This document shows positions 60,005 through 64,000 of a DNA stretch of 64,000 bases, piece by piece. The stretch's first letter is position 1, and each line of letters opens with the position of its first letter. The translations under genes were made by a program, and so were the position numbers. Source of the stretch: Sulfurimonas sp. SAG-AH-194-L11 (GTDB lineage: Bacteria > Campylobacterota > Campylobacteria > Campylobacterales > Sulfurimonadaceae); NCBI GenBank assembly GCA_029215995.1, contig JAEMVB010000005.1, forward strand, positions 31,393-95,392. The letters run 5' to 3'. Under the pieces are notes generated by a model. The model did not search any database. It was not told where the DNA came from and was given only the letters and a program-made list of their open reading frames with translations.

Positions 60005-61057
60005 TTAAGCCATTTGTGCAGCAACTTCTGCAGCAAAATCTTCTTCTTTTTTCTCAATTCCATCACCAACTTCAAAACGAACAAATGTAGTAATTTCAGC
60101 TGTACCACCAAGTTCTTTGGCTGCTTTTTCAACTGCTTGAGCAACTGTTAGTTTATCATCCATTACAAAGTTCTGGTCTAATAAACATTGCTCTTTATCA
60201 AGAGTCGAGTTATCAGAGATAAAACGAGCTAAAGAACCAGGAACAATTTTGTCCCAGATTTTTTCTGGTTTACCTTGCTCTTTAAGAGTAGCTTTGATAT
60301 CAGCTTCAGCCTGTGCTAAAACTTCATCAGTAAGTTGACTCATAGAAACATACATAGGTACATTTTTAAGAGGTTTTTTAAGACGAACTAACTCTTCGTT
60401 CTCTTTTTTGATAACTTCAATACGCCCAACAGTTTCACTCTCAACATAAGCAGAATCTAAATCTTTATATGAAAGTGTAGTTGGTTTCATCGCAGATGCA
60501 TGCATAGCAACTTGCTTAAGGAATGGTCTCATACCCTCAGCAGTTTTTTCACTATCACACTTTGCAGTAACAATAACAGCGATACGATTGTTTGAGTGAA
60601 TATAACCGTTAAGTGCAGTAGTTGCATCAGCAGTTAAAGTCTCAAAACGACGTAACTCAATTTTTTCACCAATTTTAATTACTTCAGCTTGAAAAGTAGC
60701 ACCAAATGCAGATGCATTAAATGCAGCTACATCAGCAGGTTGGTTATCATAAATATCTTGAGCTGTATCTTTTACTAAGTTCTGGAAACCCTCATTTTGA
60801 GCAACAAAGTCAGTCTCAGAGTTAATTTCGATAACAGTAGCTTTAGAAAAGTCATCAGCGATAACAATTCCAGCAAGACCTTCAGCCGCAATTCTATCAG
60901 CTTTTTTAGCTGCTTTAGCAATACCACGAGCCTTTAAAAGTTCAGTTGCCTTTGCCATGTCTCCATCAGCTTCAACAAGAACTTTTTTACAATCCATCAT
61001 AGGAGCATCAGTAGAAGCACGAAGCTCTTTTACCATTGCTGCTGTAACTGCTGCCAT
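60005..61057 (-). CDS. tsf: Elongation factor Ts
   Basis: [23 protein letters not shown]. Confidence 0.98.
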   Translation of the reverse strand: MAAVTAAMVKELRASTDAPMMDCKKVLVEADGDMAKATELLKARGIAKAAKKADRIAAEGLAGIVIADDFSKATVIEINSETDFVAQNEGFQNLVKDTAQDIYDNQPADVAAFNASAFGATFQAEVIKIGEKIELRRFETLTADATTALNGYIHSNNRIAVIVTAKCDSEKTAEGMRPFLKQVAMHASAMKPTTLSYKDLDSAYVESETVGRIEVIKKENEELVRLKKPLKNVPMYVSMSQLTDEVLAQAEADIKATLKEQGKPEKIWDKIVPGSLARFISDNSTLDKEQCLLDQNFVMDDKLTVAQAVEKAAKELGGTAEITTFVRFEVGDGIEKKEEDFAAEVAAQMA

Positions 61058-61059
61058 GA

Positions 61060-61812
61060 TTATACCTCTTCTGTTGCAGCTGGAGCTTCAGTAGCTTCTG
61101 CTTCTTCAGTTTGCTCTTCTTCAGCTGGAGCATCACGAAGTGCTTTACCTTCGTTGATAGCTGCAGTCATTTCACGACAGAAAAGTTGAATTGAACGAAT
61201 CGCATCATCATTTCCTGGAATTGGGTAGTCAATTAAGTCTGGATCACAGTTAGTATCTAGTGGAGCAACTACTGGGATTTTAAGACATCTAGCTTCAAGA
61301 ACTGCAATGTGCTCTTTAACAGCATCAACAACAAAAAGCATATCTGGAAGTTTCTTCATGTTACGGATACCACCGAAATATGCTTCTAGTTTAACTTTTT
61401 TACGAAGTAGCATTAATTTTTCTTTTTTTGTAAGAAGATCAATTTGACCATTTTCTTCCATTTCAGAAATGATGTCTAGTTTACGGATAGACTTTTGAAT
61501 AGTTGGGAAGTTAGTAAGCATACCACCTAACCATCTGTTATCTACATAAGGCATGTTACAATCAAGGGCCGCTTGTCTTACAGAGTTACGAGCTTGTTTC
61601 TTTGTACCAACAAAAAGGATAGTTTGACCCTCTGCTGCTGCGTCCATAACGATTGTATAAGTGTTACGGAAATAACGTAAAGTCTTTTGTAAATCAATTA
61701 TATAGATATTTTTACGAACACCAAAGATGTATTTTTTCATTTTCGGGTTCCAACGACGTGTTTGGTGTCCAAAGTGTACACCACATTCTAAAAGGTCTTT
61801 CATAGTTACCAT
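61060..61812 (-). CDS. rpsB: 30S ribosomal protein S2
   Basis: [29 protein letters not shown]; start ATG 61812. Confidence 0.98.
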   Translation of the reverse strand: MVTMKDLLECGVHFGHQTRRWNPKMKKYIFGVRKNIYIIDLQKTLRYFRNTYTIVMDAAAEGQTILFVGTKKQARNSVRQAALDCNMPYVDNRWLGGMLTNFPTIQKSIRKLDIISEMEENGQIDLLTKKEKLMLLRKKVKLEAYFGGIRNMKKLPDMLFVVDAVKEHIAVLEARCLKIPVVAPLDTNCDPDLIDYPIPGNDDAIRSIQLFCREMTAAINEGKALRDAPAEEEQTEEAEATEAPAATEEV

Positions 61813-61958
61813 AGGGTAATCCTTAAATCGCATTCATGCGAAGATTTTGTTAGTTAACTTCGATAATGTCGGACATTGACTCCTTAAAAAAAGAGTTGCA
61901 CTAACTTTTGACACATATCTGTTTAATGTTTTCTATTCTGCTAAAGAGAATGAAAAAT
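61813..61958 (-). promoter_or_regulatory. Structured rpsB 5' leader (probable S2 autoregulatory element)
   Basis: About 145-nt leader after TATAAT (61965-61970) with hairpins GTTAGT/ACTAAC, AATGTC/GACATT, TCGCAT/ATGCGA. Confidence 0.5.
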
Positions 61959-62103
61959 CTGCGAATTATACTCAAAATTTATTTAATTTAAGCTTTTATA
62001 CACAATATTAGAAATTATTATACTCTTTAACCTGCATTTCAAATTGCTTTTATATTATATAATGTATAGTATCATAGATTTTATTACAAAATAAGGGGAA
62101 CGA

Positions 62104-63729
62104 ATGAACAAACCTTTACTACTATCACTGGCTGCTGCGACTATACTAACATCTAGTCTAAATGCAGAATCAATGTATGAGCGTATCCAGTCAATGGAGC
62201 TTAAAATGATGCAGATGCAAGAAGAGTTAACTACTCTTAAAGCCAAAGATGCACATGAAGCTGAAGAAGAAGAGGAAGAAGTAACTTCTCAAGAAGAGTC
62301 TGATGATGAGGACGAAGCTGACTCTGACACTGATGAAGAAGCACAAGACGAAGATGAGTCTGGAGATGATGAGGACGAAGATGAAGATGATGAAGAGAGT
62401 GTTGAAGATCGTTTAGCTGACCTTGAAGAGAGTGTTACAGACCTTAACAAAGCAACAAATGGCTCACATCTAAAGTTTGGTATTGACTACAGATTTGCAC
62501 TTGATAATATACAGTACAAAATGGCTGATGGTTCAGAGCAAGGTAATGATGCATTTATGACGAATCGCTTATGGATAAATATGAACTGGAAAGCAACTGA
62601 TAACCTTAGTTTTTCTGGGCAACTTGCTTATAATAAAGCTTTTGGACAGAGATCTGATGCTAACTCAAACAGTGCAAACCCTGGATATAATTTTGAAAAT
62701 TTTGACTGGATTGCAAATGAAAATGCATATGATGATATTATTAGAATTCGTTCAGCATATTTTTTATATCGTAATGATACGTTTTTAGGTACAGAAATAC
62801 CATGGACATTCAGTATTGGCCGCCGTCCATCAACAAATGGACACCTTATTAATTTAAGAGATGATGATGGAGCTGCATCCCCAATGGGTCATACTATCAA
62901 TGTTGAATTTGATGGAATTAGTTCTAAGTTTTCACTTGAAGATGCTGTCGGTGTTGAGGGTATGTATATGAAATTTTGTGCAGGTAGGGGTATGAGTAAT
63001 GCTGCTCATAAGTTTACTGCAACACCATATGCAAGTGATATTGTTGCTAATCCAGATATTGATTTAGTTGGATTAATATTTGTTCCTTATGATAATGGAC
63101 AATATGCTATCGCTACACAATACTACTTTGCTGGTAATTTAATAGACCAACAATTCTCTAGTCTTGGTGTCCCACAAGATGCATTTGACACTGTTGGTGG
63201 GCTTCACTCTTTTACCGCTAATATTTCTGCAAATGGTATTGGTGATGAATGGAGTGACTATTTAGATGACACCTTCTTTTTCTTAAGCGGTGCGATGAGT
63301 CAAACTGACCCAAAAGATAGAGGTGCTCAAACTGGAATGTTAGGTTCAGCGAACTCTGAAATCGGTTACTCTGTATGGGCGGGAGTACAGATGCCCTCTA
63401 TATTTACGGAAGATGGAAGATGGGGTCTTGAGTACAATAAAGGAAGTAAATACTGGAGAAGCATAACCTATGCTGAAGATACTAATATCGGTTCTAAAAT
63501 AGCTACTCGTGGTGATGCTTATGAAGTTTATTTTACAGAACCATTAATAGAAGATATTTTAACACTTCAAGTGCGTGCGACTTACATAGACTATAAATAT
63601 ACAGGTAGTAATGGATTCTTTGGTAACACAACAGGAAATGCTCAAGAAATCACTTCAACAATGCCAAATGGTAAATTTTATGTAGATACAGCACAAGATA
63701 TTCGTTTCTATCTACGTTATAGATATTAA
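62104..63729 (+). CDS. DUF3373-like outer membrane protein with coiled coil and acidic insert
   Basis: Signal peptide, coiled coil, acidic run, D.RF..D, NRL..N, SIGRRPST, GSKYW, terminal RYRY. Confidence 0.8.
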   Translation: MNKPLLLSLAAATILTSSLNAESMYERIQSMELKMMQMQEELTTLKAKDAHEAEEEEEEVTSQEESDDEDEADSDTDEEAQDEDESGDDEDEDEDDEESVEDRLADLEESVTDLNKATNGSHLKFGIDYRFALDNIQYKMADGSEQGNDAFMTNRLWINMNWKATDNLSFSGQLAYNKAFGQRSDANSNSANPGYNFENFDWIANENAYDDIIRIRSAYFLYRNDTFLGTEIPWTFSIGRRPSTNGHLINLRDDDGAASPMGHTINVEFDGISSKFSLEDAVGVEGMYMKFCAGRGMSNAAHKFTATPYASDIVANPDIDLVGLIFVPYDNGQYAIATQYYFAGNLIDQQFSSLGVPQDAFDTVGGLHSFTANISANGIGDEWSDYLDDTFFFLSGAMSQTDPKDRGAQTGMLGSANSEIGYSVWAGVQMPSIFTEDGRWGLEYNKGSKYWRSITYAEDTNIGSKIATRGDAYEVYFTEPLIEDILTLQVRATYIDYKYTGSNGFFGNTTGNAQEITSTMPNGKFYVDTAQDIRFYLRYRY

Positions 63730-63736
63730 TACTATA

Positions 63737-63760
63737 AAGTTCTCACGCTTGTGAGAACTT
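63737..63760. terminator. Hairpin terminator between convergent genes
   Basis: AAGTTCTCAC-GCTT-GTGAGAACTT perfect 10-bp stem. Confidence 0.8.
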
Positions 63761-63779
63761 CAACTTTTTCTATAAAACT

Positions 63780-64000
63780 TTAAGCTTGTAGTTTTTGAAG
63801 TTCTTCTTTTACTTTAGCAACATGCTCTTTTACACGAACCTTCTCAAAAACAGCTTTAACAATTCCCTCAGGATTTATGATAAAAGTACTGCGAACAATT
63901 CCCATATACTCTTTACCATAGTTTTTCTTCATCTGCCAAACGCCATACTCTTGCATCATCTCAGTTGACTCATCACTCAGTAGTGTTATACCAAGATTAT
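63780..64000 (-). CDS. bcp: Bcp thiol peroxidase, C-terminal part (start beyond window)
   Basis: Manual translation ...ITLLSDESTEMMQEYGVWQMKKNYGKEYMGIVRSTFIINPEG...KVRVKEHVAKV. Confidence 0.9.
   Translation of the reverse strand, partial: NLGITLLSDESTEMMQEYGVWQMKKNYGKEYMGIVRSTFIINPEGIVKAVFEKVRVKEHVAKVKEELQKLQA

Noticed and set aside
1-64000. tRNA, rRNA, IS transposase or prophage genes
   Set aside because: None recognisable; intergenic gaps are short and accounted for

Overview
AT-rich bacterial chromosomal segment. Gene content and order (argS-tatA-gmk-acidic protein-fliR-ABC ATPase ... tsf-rpsB; ndk-yceD-rpmF-plsX-fabH; extended -10 TGnTATAAT promoters) point to Campylobacterota, probably a Sulfurimonas-like organism (inference). 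Mostly housekeeping and signalling genes; no tRNA, rRNA, CRISPR array or intact transposase was seen. The stand-out region is a ~12.7 kb accessory locus (14839-27519). It encodes two c-type cytochrome lipoproteins that share a diheme module, one of which also carries six tandem D-T-N-T-T N-glycosylation sequons. These are followed by TlpA, a DUF4266-like lipoprotein ending in CGC, a DUF3570-like beta-barrel with ApbE-type flavinylation motifs, ApbE, DsbD and a porin/binding-protein/HD-GYP/histidine-kinase cassette, with a convergent OmpR-type regulator and a divergent peroxiredoxin. This looks like an uncharacterised cell-envelope electron-transfer system combining heme, flavin and thiol chemistry. 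Other notable items: a 291-bp nested-palindrome ERIC-like element, a second GC-rich structured element after ahpC, a doubly deleted in-frame mscS minigene, two unannotated small proteins (a lipoprotein and a candidate cytochrome bd small subunit), an ndh-cydAB block inserted into the conserved tsf-fliR region, and seven apparently leaderless genes. Family names are from motif recognition only; no database search was run.
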